Shown here: in pieces, positions 50,370-60,300 of the stretch
Layout: each line of letters begins with the position of its first letter
How positions within the stretch are numbered: position 1 is the first letter of the stretch
Assembly (NCBI GenBank): GCA_964565075.1
Contig: CAZMCK010000003.1
Coordinates: 35,016 to 99,015, forward strand
Reading direction: 5' to 3'
Source: an uncultured Dehalococcoidaceae bacterium
GTDB lineage: Bacteria; Chloroflexota; Dehalococcoidia; UBA2979
DNA length: 64,000 nucleotides
Notes under the pieces: generated by a model
Databases searched by the model: none
What the model was told of the DNA's origin: nothing
What the model saw: only the letters and a program-made list of their open reading frames with translations
Program-made: the position numbers and the translations under genes

Positions 50370-51437
50370 CTACGCCCCTACCTGGTCCATCACGGTCCCC
50401 ACGTCGATGTACTGGTCCGCGAGCGCGCGCATCTCGATCGAGGTACTGCCGCTGAACGCGACCACTTCGACGCGGACGCCACGGCTCTGGAGGAGTTCGA
50501 CGACGCTCGAGAAGTCAGCGTCACCGGAGACGAGCGCGACGACCTCCAGCCGCTCGGCCATCGTCACCATGTCGATGGCCATCTCCACGTCGAAGTTGCC
50601 CTTGATCGAACCGTCGGCGAAGCGCTTCAGGGGCTTCGTCACGATCCGGTACTCGTGCGGGACGAACGGCGCGACGAAGCGCTGACGCTCCACCGGCTCG
50701 CCCGGGTCGTCGGAGACCGGCGCATAGGCCGTCGCACGGATCAGCTCGCGGCCATCGCTGAGGTAGTCGAGCAGCTTGCCCATGTGGACGGTGGCGCCGA
50801 CCGATCCGCCCTCGCCGCGCTCGGCGCCGTAGATGAGGTTCGGCACATCGACAAACACGCCGAGCCGCAGCTTGCGGCTCGTGCGTTCCTGCTGCTCGCG
50901 CAAGGCGTCGAGGGCCTTCGTCTGGGCCTCGATCACCGCCTGCATCGCCCGCATCTGCTCGGCCAGGGCCGCGGCGTCCGGCGCGGCCTCAGCGGCAGCC
51001 GCGGCGCCACGGCGGCGGCGAGGGGCGGGCTTCTCCTCGGCTTGCTCCGCCTCGGCCGGCTTGGCTGTTGCCGCGGCGCTCCGGCGGCGGCGCGGGGCCG
51101 GCTTCTCGTCGGCCTGCTCGGGCTCGGCGGCCTCGGCCTTGGCCGTGCTTCTACGGCGGCGGGTGGCCGGCTTCGCCTCGTCCTGCTCCGGCTCGGGAGT
51201 CGTCTCGGCCTTCGCCGTGCTGCGCCGGGTCGAGGCCGCGCGCCGGCGCGGGGCCGGCTTCGCGGGCTCCTCGGCGGGGGGCTCCTCCGCAGGCGGGTTG
51301 GCGGGCCGCCGGCCCGCGATCCGCGGGTCGTCGAGGACGTTGTCGCCGTCGCGGCTCGCGCGAGTGCGGCCGCCACGCGTGCCGCGGCGACGGGTCGACG
51401 TGCCCTCTGGTTCCTGCTTCTCCTCGTCGGGGGCCAC
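50370..51437 (-). CDS. NYN (LabA/DUF88-like) domain protein with Arg/Ala/Glu-rich repeat N-terminus
   Basis: C-terminal LGVFVDVPNL..KGNFDVEMAIDM..VALVSGDADFSSVVELLQSRGVRVEVVAF is the NYN domain. Confidence 0.85.
   Translation of the reverse strand: MAPDEEKQEPEGTSTRRRGTRGGRTRASRDGDNVLDDPRIAGRRPANPPAEEPPAEEPAKPAPRRRAASTRRSTAKAETTPEPEQDEAKPATRRRRSTAKAEAAEPEQADEKPAPRRRRSAAATAKPAEAEQAEEKPAPRRRRGAAAAAEAAPDAAALAEQMRAMQAVIEAQTKALDALREQQERTSRKLRLGVFVDVPNLIYGAERGEGGSVGATVHMGKLLDYLSDGRELIRATAYAPVSDDPGEPVERQRFVAPFVPHEYRIVTKPLKRFADGSIKGNFDVEMAIDMVTMAERLEVVALVSGDADFSSVVELLQSRGVRVEVVAFSGSTSIEMRALADQYIDVGTVMDQVGA
51005..51290 (-). repeat. three to four imperfect ~72-nt (24-codon) tandem repeats inside the NYN gene
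   Basis: Units start near 51011, 51083, 51155 and 51241 on the plus strand. They encode (E)KPAPRRRR..AKAEAAEPEQA(D/E)E. Confidence 0.7.
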
Positions 51438-51447
51438 AGGCGCCCTC

Positions 51448-52488
51448 CTAGACTGCGAGCGGCGCGTCTCCGGCGTACTGGAGCACCGAGCAGCGCGCCG
51501 CTACCTGCTCCGCCAGCGCGATGAACGCAGCGGCTTCTTCCGATTCGGGGGCGGCGTCCACCAGCGGGTGACCCGCGTCCGAGGACTCCCGGACGGCCAC
51601 AGCGAGTGGGAGCTCGCCGAGGAACTCCACGCCCAGCTCGTCGGCGGCCTCGCGCGCGCCGCCGCGCCCGAAGATATCCGACGTCATGTTCTCGACGATG
51701 CCGAAGATCGGCACGCCGAGGCGGTCGAACATCCCGATCGCCTTCGTCGCGTCCTCGACCGCCACACGCTGCGGGGTGGCCACGATGACCGCGCCCGCGA
51801 CCGGCACCTGCTGGGCCAGCGACATCGAGGCGTCCGAGGTGCCGGGCGGCAGGTCCACGATGAGGTAGTCGAGCTCGCCCCACTCGATGTCGACGATGAG
51901 CTGGCGCACGCCGGAGCCGATCATCGGGCCGCGCCACACGACGGGAGTGCCCTTGGGGAGCACAAACCCGATCGACGCGGCGCGGACGCCGTACGCCTCG
52001 ATGGTGTGCATGCCGCCCTCGCCCTCGGCGAGCCCGCCCTCCTCGATGCCGAGCATCGTCGGGATGTTGGGGCCGGTGATGTCCGCGTCGACGAGGCCGA
52101 CGCGTGCGCCGAGCTTCGCGAGGGCGACCGCGAGGTTGACGGAGACGGTGGACTTGCCGACACCGCCCTTGTTGGAGGCGACGGCGATGATGTTCCGCAC
52201 GCCGGGCACCGGCTCCGGGCCGCCCTCGCGGCGCATCTGGCCGCGCACCTCGGAGTCCCACTCGATGTCGACGTTGTCGATGCCCTCGACGTGTTCGAGC
52301 GCCGCGCGGACGTCGACGTCGATCTGCTCGCGGAGGGGGCACGCCGGAGTGGTCAGGACGAGACGGAAGGACGCGGTGCCGCCGTCGACGGTGACGTCGC
52401 GCACCATGTTGAGCGACACGATGTCGCGGTGGAGTTCGGGATCCTGGACACGGCCCAGGACGGTCAAGACGGTCTGTTCGTCAGCCAC
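51448..52488 (-). CDS. mrp: Mrp/NBP35 (ApbC) family Fe-S cluster carrier ATPase
   Basis: N-terminal DUF59-like domain (VQDPELHRDIVSLNMV), deviant Walker A (ASNKGGVGKST) and a CPxxC-like pair. Confidence 0.93.
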   Translation of the reverse strand: MADEQTVLTVLGRVQDPELHRDIVSLNMVRDVTVDGGTASFRLVLTTPACPLREQIDVDVRAALEHVEGIDNVDIEWDSEVRGQMRREGGPEPVPGVRNIIAVASNKGGVGKSTVSVNLAVALAKLGARVGLVDADITGPNIPTMLGIEEGGLAEGEGGMHTIEAYGVRAASIGFVLPKGTPVVWRGPMIGSGVRQLIVDIEWGELDYLIVDLPPGTSDASMSLAQQVPVAGAVIVATPQRVAVEDATKAIGMFDRLGVPIFGIVENMTSDIFGRGGAREAADELGVEFLGELPLAVAVRESSDAGHPLVDAAPESEEAAAFIALAEQVAARCSVLQYAGDAPLAV

Positions 52489-52748
52489 GGTGGTTCCTCA
52501 CCTGGATGTATCTTCGCGGTTTCTTGCCCGACGAGGAAACCCTCGGGGCGTCATATGCGTTGTACCTGATGTAGACAGTATGCGCCGGACGCGTCGAGGA
52601 CTCCCCGGCGCGCGGGGCGCACGAGGGCGTAGGGGCGGTCGGCATGCGGGTGGATTCGTCCGTCTGGTCCGTTTTGTGGCTGCCGGTGGCGCTGCGAGGG
52701 GTGGTCGGGCGCTTTACCTCGCTTTACGACCATTTAATGACTTTAAGC

Positions 52749-52778
52749 TTGACGCAGTACATTTTTCACCGCTATAGT
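52749..52778 (+). promoter_or_regulatory. sigma-70-type promoter TTGACG-18-TATAGT
   Basis: In an AT-richer patch, about 110 nt upstream of the small Zn protein gene and pyrD. Confidence 0.55.
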
Positions 52779-52891
52779 TTGGGTCGCAGGTCATCCGCCT
52801 GCGCTGCGATCCCACCGCAGGAGCATTGGTATGGATGGCGTCTCCAGCGGGCGCGGAGGGCCCGCATCGACGTCGAAGAAAGGGGCGAGGG

Positions 52892-53143
52892 ATGGCAACG
52901 GTAATCGAGGCGACCACACCGGCTGCCGGGGTCTGCGTTCACCACTGGGTGATCCAGCCTCCGAACGGCCGCACCAGCCCGGGCGTCTGCAAGCGTTGCG
53001 GCGAGCACCGCGACTTCGCGAACGCCAACGAGAGCGTGATGTGGGAGCAGACGAACACGCTTCGCAACTCCCCTTCCAGCGGGCTCCGCGGCCTCCCGCG
53101 GCCTTCCGAGGTCCGCCTGTCCGACGAGATCGTCGCGAACTAA
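52892..53143 (+). CDS. 83-aa putative zinc-binding protein (C-x-HH...CxxC)
   Basis: ATG after AGGGGCGAGGG. GVCVHHWVIQPPNGRTSPGVCKRCGEHRDF. Confidence 0.6.
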   Translation: MATVIEATTPAAGVCVHHWVIQPPNGRTSPGVCKRCGEHRDFANANESVMWEQTNTLRNSPSSGLRGLPRPSEVRLSDEIVAN

Positions 53144-53273
53144 CCCGCCCGAACGGGGCGGACACCGGGACGGCGCCTTCGGGCGTCGTCTCTGCGTATC
53201 CACCCCCCGCGTCCGCGCCTCGGCGCTCCCAATGAGCGCGCCCGGCTATCATGAGCCGGGGGAGGACCACCCG

Positions 53274-54209
53274 GTGCAGCCTGACCTCAGCGTCGTCATC
53301 GGACGGCACGCCAAGCAGGAGTTGCTCATGCGCAACCCCGTGATGACGGCGTCCGGGACCTTCTCCAACGGCCTCGAGTTCGCCCGCCGCTTCGACCTCG
53401 ACGCGCTCGGCGGGCTCGTCTCCAAGGGGACCACGCTGCGGTCGCGGCAGGGCAACCCGCAGCCGCGCATCGTCGAGACGCCCGCCGGGATGATCAACTC
53501 GATCGGCTTCCAGAACATCGGCGTCGGCGCGCTCATCAGCGAGGTCGCCCCGGTGTGGGCGCGCTGGGACGTCCCGGTCGTCGTCAACATCATGGGCTAC
53601 ACCGTGCGCGAGTATGGCCTGCTGGCCGAGCGACTGGACGGCGTGCCCGGCGTCGCGGCGCTCGAGGTCAACGTCTCGTGCCCGAACGTCGAGTCGGGCG
53701 GGATCGAGTTCGGCCAGGACTGCGACCTCACCGCCGACGTGACCGCCGAGGTGCGCCGCCACACCTCGCTGCCGTTCGCCGTCAAGCTCACCCCCGCGGT
53801 CTCCGACCCTCGTCCATTCGCCGAGGCGGTCGAGGCAGCGGGCGCCGACGCGCTCTCGCTGGTGAACACCATCCCCGCGATGGCGATCGACACGGTGCGC
53901 CGCCGGCCGGTAATCGCGACGGCGTTCGGCGGGCTCTCCGGCCCCGCGCTCAAGCCCATCGCGCTGCGCCACGTGTACCTCGCCGCGTCCGTGACCTCGC
54001 TCCCCATCCTCGCCGCCGGTGGCGTGTCGACGGGGCAGGACGCGCTCGAGTTCCTGATGGCCGGCGCCAGCGCGGTACAGGTCGGCACCGCCACGTTCCG
54101 CGACCCGGAGACGCCGTGGCGTGTGCTCGACGAGCTCACCGCGTGGTGCGAGGCCGAGGGCGTGACGCGCCTGGACGAGATCGTGGGCGCCGCGCAGCGC
54201 CGCGACTGA
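53274..54209 (+). CDS. pyrD: dihydroorotate dehydrogenase, class 1B catalytic subunit
   Basis: GTG after GGGGGAGG. NPVMTASGTF, VVVNIMG, NVSCPNV and GGLSGPALKP motifs. Confidence 0.93.
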   Translation: MQPDLSVVIGRHAKQELLMRNPVMTASGTFSNGLEFARRFDLDALGGLVSKGTTLRSRQGNPQPRIVETPAGMINSIGFQNIGVGALISEVAPVWARWDVPVVVNIMGYTVREYGLLAERLDGVPGVAALEVNVSCPNVESGGIEFGQDCDLTADVTAEVRRHTSLPFAVKLTPAVSDPRPFAEAVEAAGADALSLVNTIPAMAIDTVRRRPVIATAFGGLSGPALKPIALRHVYLAASVTSLPILAAGGVSTGQDALEFLMAGASAVQVGTATFRDPETPWRVLDELTAWCEAEGVTRLDEIVGAAQRRD

Positions 54210-54532
54210 TGGCACGCGCCGTCTCGATCCTGCCGTGGCTGCTGATCGCCTTCGCCGCGGGCGCGTGGTTCCTGGCGGCATTCCGGATCATGCACCGCCT
54301 CGGGGCCGCCGAGGCGGCCGTTGCCGCAGGTCTCCTCGTCGCACTCGCCGTCGCAACCATGCTGTGGAGGTGGGCCGAGCGCGACCGCACCCGCCGGTCG
54401 CTGGCCGCGGGCCGCTGCCCGCGTTGCTCCTCGGCGCTCGTCGCGGAGCGCGAGCATGCGAGCGCGGGGGTCGCGGGGAGCGTGCAGCTGTGGGCGTGCC
54501 GGGAGTGCGGGTACGCCGCGGCCCGCCGTTGA
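54209..54532 (+). CDS. 107-aa membrane protein with two TM segments and C-terminal CxxC..CxxC zinc ribbon
   Basis: The ATG overlaps the pyrD TGA by one base (TGATG). ILPWLLIAFAAGAWFLAAF / LLVALAVATMLW, then CPRCSS..CRECGY. Confidence 0.6.
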   Translation: MARAVSILPWLLIAFAAGAWFLAAFRIMHRLGAAEAAVAAGLLVALAVATMLWRWAERDRTRRSLAAGRCPRCSSALVAEREHASAGVAGSVQLWACRECGYAAARR

Positions 54533-54585
54533 CGTCCGGGCACTGCCCGCCGTAGCGTCGGATCAGCGGGCCTCAGGCCCGCCTT

Positions 54586-54662
54586 CGGGGTGTAGCTCAG
54601 CCTGGTAGAGCGCTGCGTTTGGGGCGCAGAGGCCCGCAGTTCAAATCTGCGCACCCCGACCA
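54586..54662 (+). tRNA. tRNA-Pro (TGG)
   Basis: CGGGGTGTAGCTCAGCCTGGTAGAGCGCTGCGTTTGGGGCGCAGAGGCCCGCAGTTCAAATCTGCGCACCCCGACCA, anticodon loop TTTGGGG. Confidence 0.95.
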
Positions 54663-54744
54663 ATCCAACTCCCGCGCGTGGTCCCACTCGCTCGAGGGCG
54701 TGCTCATTGAGGCCGGTGCGACTGCTTGTTACGCTCCATGCGCG

Positions 54745-54939
54745 ATGCAAGAGAACCTGCCGCCGTACGTGCTCGTCGCCCGGATCGGCTCGATCCTCGG
54801 GATGTCGTTCGCACTGGCGATCGGCCTGCTGTTGCTGCTCGGCGGGCTCGTGCTGCCCTCGCTGGTGGCGTTCGCGGCCTTCGTCCCGTCACTCGCGATC
54901 ATGGTCTACGCCGAGCGCCACGCCGCATCCAACAACTGA
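54745..54939 (+). CDS. 64-aa two-TM small membrane protein
   Basis: Good G/C-ending codon usage. No SD, but a TACGCT -10-like hexamer lies 9 nt upstream, so it may be leaderless. Confidence 0.55.
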   Translation: MQENLPPYVLVARIGSILGMSFALAIGLLLLLGGLVLPSLVAFAAFVPSLAIMVYAERHAASNN

Positions 54940-54960
54940 CGCCTGGGCCGGTACTCGCCG

Positions 54961-55857
54961 TTACTCGCCACCCTCGACGATGTCGATACCGAGGATGCGG
55001 TCGCCCGGCGGCTGCCCGGGCGCCGAGGGGTCGCGCGGGGTGAGCGTGCGCAGGACATCGAGCCCCTCGATCACCCGCCCGAAGACCGTGAACCCGGACT
55101 CGGCAAGGTGCGGCGTCGGCTCCAGCGTGATGAAGAACTGCGAGCCGCTGACCGTGTTGCCGGCCTTCGCCATCGAGAGCACGCCCGCGTCGAAGGGCAG
55201 GTCGTTGAGCTCCTCGGCCAGGTCGTAGCCGGAGGAGTGGAGCCCCGTCCCCGTGGGGTCGCCGGCCTGGGCGACGAAGCCGGGGATGACCCGGTGGAAC
55301 GTGATGCCGTCGTAGAAGCCGTCGCGGGCGAGGAACACGAAGTTGTTCACGTAGCCCGGCGCGTCGGACGCCAGCAGCTCGATCCGCACGCTGCCCTTCT
55401 CGGTGTGGATCACCGCCTCGTACGAGCCCTCGGGGTCGATGGTCAGCGGTGGCGGTCCGCTGTAGGCGCGGTCGTCCGTCTGCTCGTCGTCGGCCGTGTC
55501 CGTGGCCGCGGCGCTGTCGTCCGGGGTGCCTGTGGCTCCCGCCGAGTCCCCAGTGTCGTCTGTAGAGCCGTCAGACGCGGCGTCGGAGGTGTCGTCCCCG
55601 GCGGCGGTGGTCGGCTCCGGGGTCGGAGAGGCGGGCGTCGGTCCGGTCGGCCCGGCCTGGCCGCCGCCGAAGAAGACCGCCCCGAGGCTCACGACCAGCA
55701 CCACGATGCCGACGGCGTAGAACACGCGCTGGCGGCGCTGCAGCCAGCCGAACATGCCCGGGAACTGCATGGGCCCCACGGCCTCGAAGCTCTGGCCGCG
55801 ATCGCGGCGACGTCGCTCGCGCCGCTGTCGTCGCCTGCGCCGTCGTTCGTCGCTCAC
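54961..55857 (-). CDS. membrane-anchored cyclophilin-type peptidylprolyl isomerase
   Basis: Arg-rich N-terminus, one TM segment, an acidic Thr/Asp/Ala linker, then FHRVIPGFVAQAGDPTGTG..MAKAG..SGSQFFIT. Confidence 0.9.
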   Translation of the reverse strand: MSDERRRRRRQRRERRRRDRGQSFEAVGPMQFPGMFGWLQRRQRVFYAVGIVVLVVSLGAVFFGGGQAGPTGPTPASPTPEPTTAAGDDTSDAASDGSTDDTGDSAGATGTPDDSAAATDTADDEQTDDRAYSGPPPLTIDPEGSYEAVIHTEKGSVRIELLASDAPGYVNNFVFLARDGFYDGITFHRVIPGFVAQAGDPTGTGLHSSGYDLAEELNDLPFDAGVLSMAKAGNTVSGSQFFITLEPTPHLAESGFTVFGRVIEGLDVLRTLTPRDPSAPGQPPGDRILGIDIVEGGE

Positions 55858-56351
55858 GCGGGCCGTGCCCTGTCGGCGAGGCGGCCGATGGCGGCCGCGA
55901 GGTCGTCCGGGCTGGCGCTGCTCACGTAGTAGCGGCGTCCGTCCGTCGCATCAACCGCGACGCCGGAGCGCAGGAACGGGACCGAGCACGCGCGTGCCGA
56001 CCTCCCGCCATCCCTGCCCCAGCGCAGGCCCCAGCCCCCATAGGAGATCCAGCGATACGGTGAGACGCGGGCGGCCTCGATCGCGTCGCCGGCAAGCGTG
56101 AATCCGAACGGACCGAGCCGGACGCGCAGCGCGTCGTCATCCACGGCGACACGGACCACGAGGAAGGCGCGCGCGACGATCGCCAGTATCGAGCCCACGG
56201 CGCCGAGGATGAGCCCGGACACGACCTCGCCGCTGACAACGAGGTGCCAGAGGCCCAGGCCGCACAGCGCGAGCGCCCCGGCGAGGGTTGCGAAGGCGAG
56301 CCAGCGCGGGCTGTGGACGCGTTCGGTATACGGCATCAACAGTCGACCCAT
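55854..56351 (-). CDS. hypothetical membrane protein (two TM segments plus small soluble domain)
   Basis: The stop overlaps the PPIase start. WLAFATLAGALALCGLGLW / GLILGAVGSILAIVA. No family recognised. Confidence 0.65.
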   Translation of the reverse strand: MGRLLMPYTERVHSPRWLAFATLAGALALCGLGLWHLVVSGEVVSGLILGAVGSILAIVARAFLVVRVAVDDDALRVRLGPFGFTLAGDAIEAARVSPYRWISYGGWGLRWGRDGGRSARACSVPFLRSGVAVDATDGRRYYVSSASPDDLAAAIGRLADRARPA

Positions 56352-56402
56352 CCGGCGGTGGCCCGCCGCGTTGGCTGGCCGCCGCCGACTGTACTACAGG
56401 CG

Positions 56403-56448
56403 CCTCGTACCCGCGGCTCCTGGGGTGCCGGGAGCCGCGGGTACGAGG
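56403..56448 (-). terminator. 18-bp perfect stem hairpin downstream of the MarR gene
   Basis: CCTCGTACCCGCGGCTCC-10 nt-GGAGCCGCGGGTACGAGG. No U-tract. Confidence 0.5.
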
Positions 56449-56484
56449 GGCCGGGGACTCAGACGCGGGGACGGCGGGGCGGAG

Positions 56485-56943
56485 CTACGCGGACTGGTCC
56501 GCTTCGAGCGTGTCGGGGTTTGCGAGCATCGTCTCGACCGCAGCGGCCATCACCGCTCGCTCGTCGTCGGTCACGCCCTGGAGGAGATGGGCCTCGTACT
56601 CCTCGACGAGGTCTACCACCTCCTGCACGGCAGTGCTGCCCTCTTCGGTCAGGAACAGCCTGACGACGCGCCGGTCGTCGGTGCGGCGCCGCCGGCGGAG
56701 CAGCCCGCGCGAAACGAGTCCATCGACCAGGCGGCTGATCCGCGACGCATCCGCGGGCAGCACGTCCGTCAACTCGGTGGCGGTCCACTCTTCCTGATCG
56801 GCGAAGCACCGGATCAGCGTGAACTCGTTCGAGGTGAGTCCGTGGGACGCCGTGATGCGGTCACGTCCCCGGAGGTACGCACTTGCAAGCACAACCGTGT
56901 TGGTGATCAAGTCTGTTGGAACCGTGTGCTCCTTCCGACTCAT
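56485..56943 (-). CDS. MarR family transcriptional regulator
   Basis: From MSRKEHT. WTATELTDVLPADASRISRLVDGLVSRGLLRRRRRTDDRRVVRLFLT. Confidence 0.85.
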   Translation of the reverse strand: MSRKEHTVPTDLITNTVVLASAYLRGRDRITASHGLTSNEFTLIRCFADQEEWTATELTDVLPADASRISRLVDGLVSRGLLRRRRRTDDRRVVRLFLTEEGSTAVQEVVDLVEEYEAHLLQGVTDDERAVMAAAVETMLANPDTLEADQSA

Positions 56944-57320
56944 GCAGCACCGGGCATAGCTCCGGGTCCGGAGAGCCTGTGCCCGGCGCGGTGCTGTCTG
57001 CCATTTGACAGTTTCCCGTCGACACGATTGTGATTCGTATCGTGATGATGCGCAACCGGCCTCCACGCGTCCGCTCGCTAACTGTCTCTCAGACGCCGAT
57101 GATTCCCCGCAAAACCCTCAGTGACATCGCAACCGCTGCCGACTCACCAACCCCGCGGATGTCGGGCGCGGCGCGCGCTGAACGCGTGAACACGGAGCAC
57201 TCCCGCACGCGCGAGGCGATACCACTCCCCGGACGGGCAGTAAGCAGTCGGAGGCTCGTGCTGTTCAGGGATCCCGCGTCGAGCAGTCTTGCCCACCAGG
57301 CCCGACAGGGCCCGGGCGAG

Positions 57321-60300
57321 TCACTCCGAGGGTTGGTCTTCCTCGGGCAGCAGCACTACGCGCACGTAGCGGTCCACGGGAAGGTAGCGCTGGGCGATCT
57401 CCGCGATATCCGTCAGCGTGATCCCCTCGAGCGTCGCATCGAACTCGTTCACGCTGCTGAGCGGGCTGCCCCGCTCAGCCAGCGACCGGATCTGGCCGAG
57501 CCAGAAGCCGTTGTCGCGGAGCCGCTCCTCGCGGGTCGTGCGAAGCTGCTCCTTGACCGTGTCGAGGTAGCTCTGTTCGCCGCCGGCTCGCAGCCAGTCG
57601 AGTTCGACCTCGATCTCGGCGAGGAGCTCATCCACGCGCGCGGGGTCGCTGCCGAAGACAATCTGGAATCGATACTCGTGGTCGGGAAGGAGGCTCGCGC
57701 TGCCGCTCGCGCTGATGCTGTATGTACCACCGAGTTGCTCCCGCACCCGTTCGCGCAGGCGAGTCGCCAGCATCTCGCCGGCGACGTGCAGGGCCATGGC
57801 GTCGCTGCCGGCCCACTCCGCCTCGCCGGCGAACGCCCAGACGGTCCGGCTCCGCGGCTCGATCCCCCTGCGGACGACCTCGTCCGCGATGCCCGGCGGC
57901 GGGTCGATATCGAGGTCCCGCCACTCCTCGACGCGTCCGGCGGCGGGCAAGCTTGCGAGGTACGTCGTCGTGAGATCGCGCAACACGGCCCAGTCGAAGG
58001 CTCCCACGAACACGAACGTCGCATCGCCGAGGTCCGCGAAGCGATCTCGATACAGCGCCTCGGCGCGCTCCAGGCTCAGGTTCTCGGCCTGCTCGGGGGT
58101 CACCTGCCGGCGGCGGAAGTGATCCTGGCCGATCAGGCTGTTGAACCTGTCCGCGAACACCGCATCGGGCTGCGTCGGGCGCCGCTCCAGGACGGTGCGG
58201 AGCTGGGCCTGGAGCGTGGAGAAGTACGTGGAATCGAACCGCGGTTCCGTCACGTAGAGGGTGATCAACTGGAAGAGGGTCTCGAGGTCCTCCGGCGAAG
58301 CGCTGCCGCCGAGCCCCTCAAACAGCTCGCCGATGTACGGCGACACGGAGACGCGCTTGCCGGCCAGCAGCCTGTCCAGTGCAACGCGGTCATGGGCGCC
58401 AACACCACTACCCGACAGGATCGTCGGGGCGTACACCACGGACCAGTAGTCCTCGTCGGCGACGAGGGAGCTGCCGCCCGGACTCGAGGAGCTAAAGCTC
58501 ACCTCGTCGTTGCGGAAGTCCGTCTGCTTCGCGATCACCGTGATGCCGTTCGACAGCGTCCACCTCGTCGCTTCGATGGACTCGATGTCCTCTTCCTCGA
58601 CGATGCTCCCGGGCGTCGGGATCGCGGGCAGCAACGGGACGTCGTCGAACGTCTCCGCGTAGGGCTCGACGACCAGTGCATCGGCCCCCTCGATCTGCGC
58701 CTCGAGCGCAGCCGCCAGCGCGCCGTCCGCGCCCGGGTCGATGGCCTCGGGCCCCAGCACCACCAGCACCGTGTTCCCGGGCGCGGTCCACGAGTCCGCA
58801 ACAGCATCGACGTCGCCGAGGGATACCGTCGGCAGTAACAGCTGGTACAGATCCCATTCGACCTCGATGCCCGGCACGGAGGCCCCGGACAGGAAGTGAT
58901 CCCGGTATGCCCCGGCGAGCTGGCCCGATTCCTGCTGGTCGCGCTGGAGGTACACGTTCTCGATCGCGCTCAGGAGGTTGACCGTCTCGCGAGCCAGCTC
59001 GGACTCGGTGAATCCATGCTGGGCGGCGCGTTGTATCTCCTCCAGCAGCGCCCCGAACCCGCGCTGCACGCCCTGCGGCTCCACCAGGACCGTGAAGGTG
59101 AGGATGTCCAGCGGCTGCGCGAACGGGCCGCGTCCGGTTGAGGAGAGCAGGTACGGCGGATCGGCGACCTGGCCGCGCTCGAACAGCCGGGCGTTGAGCA
59201 TCATGAAGGCGATTTCGTCCACCATGCCCTGCCGGAACGCCACCAGGTTCCGGCCGCGCTCAGGGGCAACCTTGCGGACCAGGGCTACCTGCGTAATGGG
59301 CGCCTCGGGATCCTTGAAGACATCGATGATCGGCTCGTCGTTATCTGGCACCCCGTAGCTCGGACGCTCGGTGGGGCCGGCCGAGGCGGCGCGCGGGTGG
59401 GTCGCCTCGCCGTCAGGCGGCGGTGCGAAGTGCTGCGCGATCTTGGCCGTGATCACCTCGGGGTCGAAGTCGCCCACGGCCACGACCGCCATGAGGTCCG
59501 GGCGGTACCACCGCTCGTAGTACTCGCGCAGGCGCTCGGGCGGCGCGTTCTCGACGACCTCGAGGAGGCCGATCGGGTCGCGTTCCGCATACCGGGAGTC
59601 GCCGAACAGGAGCGGGAGCAGGCGGTCATAGAAGCGCGATGAGAAGCCCTGGGAGAGTCGCCACTCCTCCACGATGACCCCGCGCTCGAGCTCGACCTCG
59701 TCGGGCGCGAGCGTGATCGCGTAGGCCCAGTCGCTGAGGATCTGGAAGGCAGTCTCGACAATCTCCGGGTCGTCGGTCGGGATCTCGAGCCAGTACACGG
59801 TTTCGTCGTGGCTCGTGTAGGCGTTGAGGTCCGGGCCGAAGGTGCCGCCGACGGACTCGATGTAGTCGATGATCTGCTGCTTCTCGAACCGCTCTGTGCC
59901 GTTGAACGCCATGTGCTCGAGGAAGTGCGCCAGGCCGCGCTGCTCCTCTTCCTCGAGGAGCGAGCCGGCCCGCACCACCAGCGAGAGCTGCGCGCGCCCG
60001 CGCGGCTCCTGGTTGTGCCGGACGTAGTACGTGAGCCCGTTGCTGAGCGTGCCGTGGTCCACCCTCGGATCGAGCGGCAAGGCATCGTCGTCGGCGTCCG
60101 CCTCGGCGCCGGGGGTTGCGGTCGGTACCGGCGTGGGCACCGGCGTCTCGACTGCAGGCGCGGGCGTGGCGGATGGCTGCGGCGTCGGCGTCTCAGCAGC
60201 GGGCGTGGCTGTCGGGGCTGGGGTCGGGCTCGGCGTCGCGGTAGGCGTCGAGGTTGGAGTCGGCGTCGGCGTGCTCGTAGGCGCCGGGGTTGCAGTCGGC

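Noticed and set aside
51005-51290. CRISPR-like periodic repeats (also checked 60074-60420)
   Set aside because: Both lie inside well-supported ORFs. The repeats are imperfect with no unique spacers, and there are no cas genes. They are coding low-complexity or tandem repeats.
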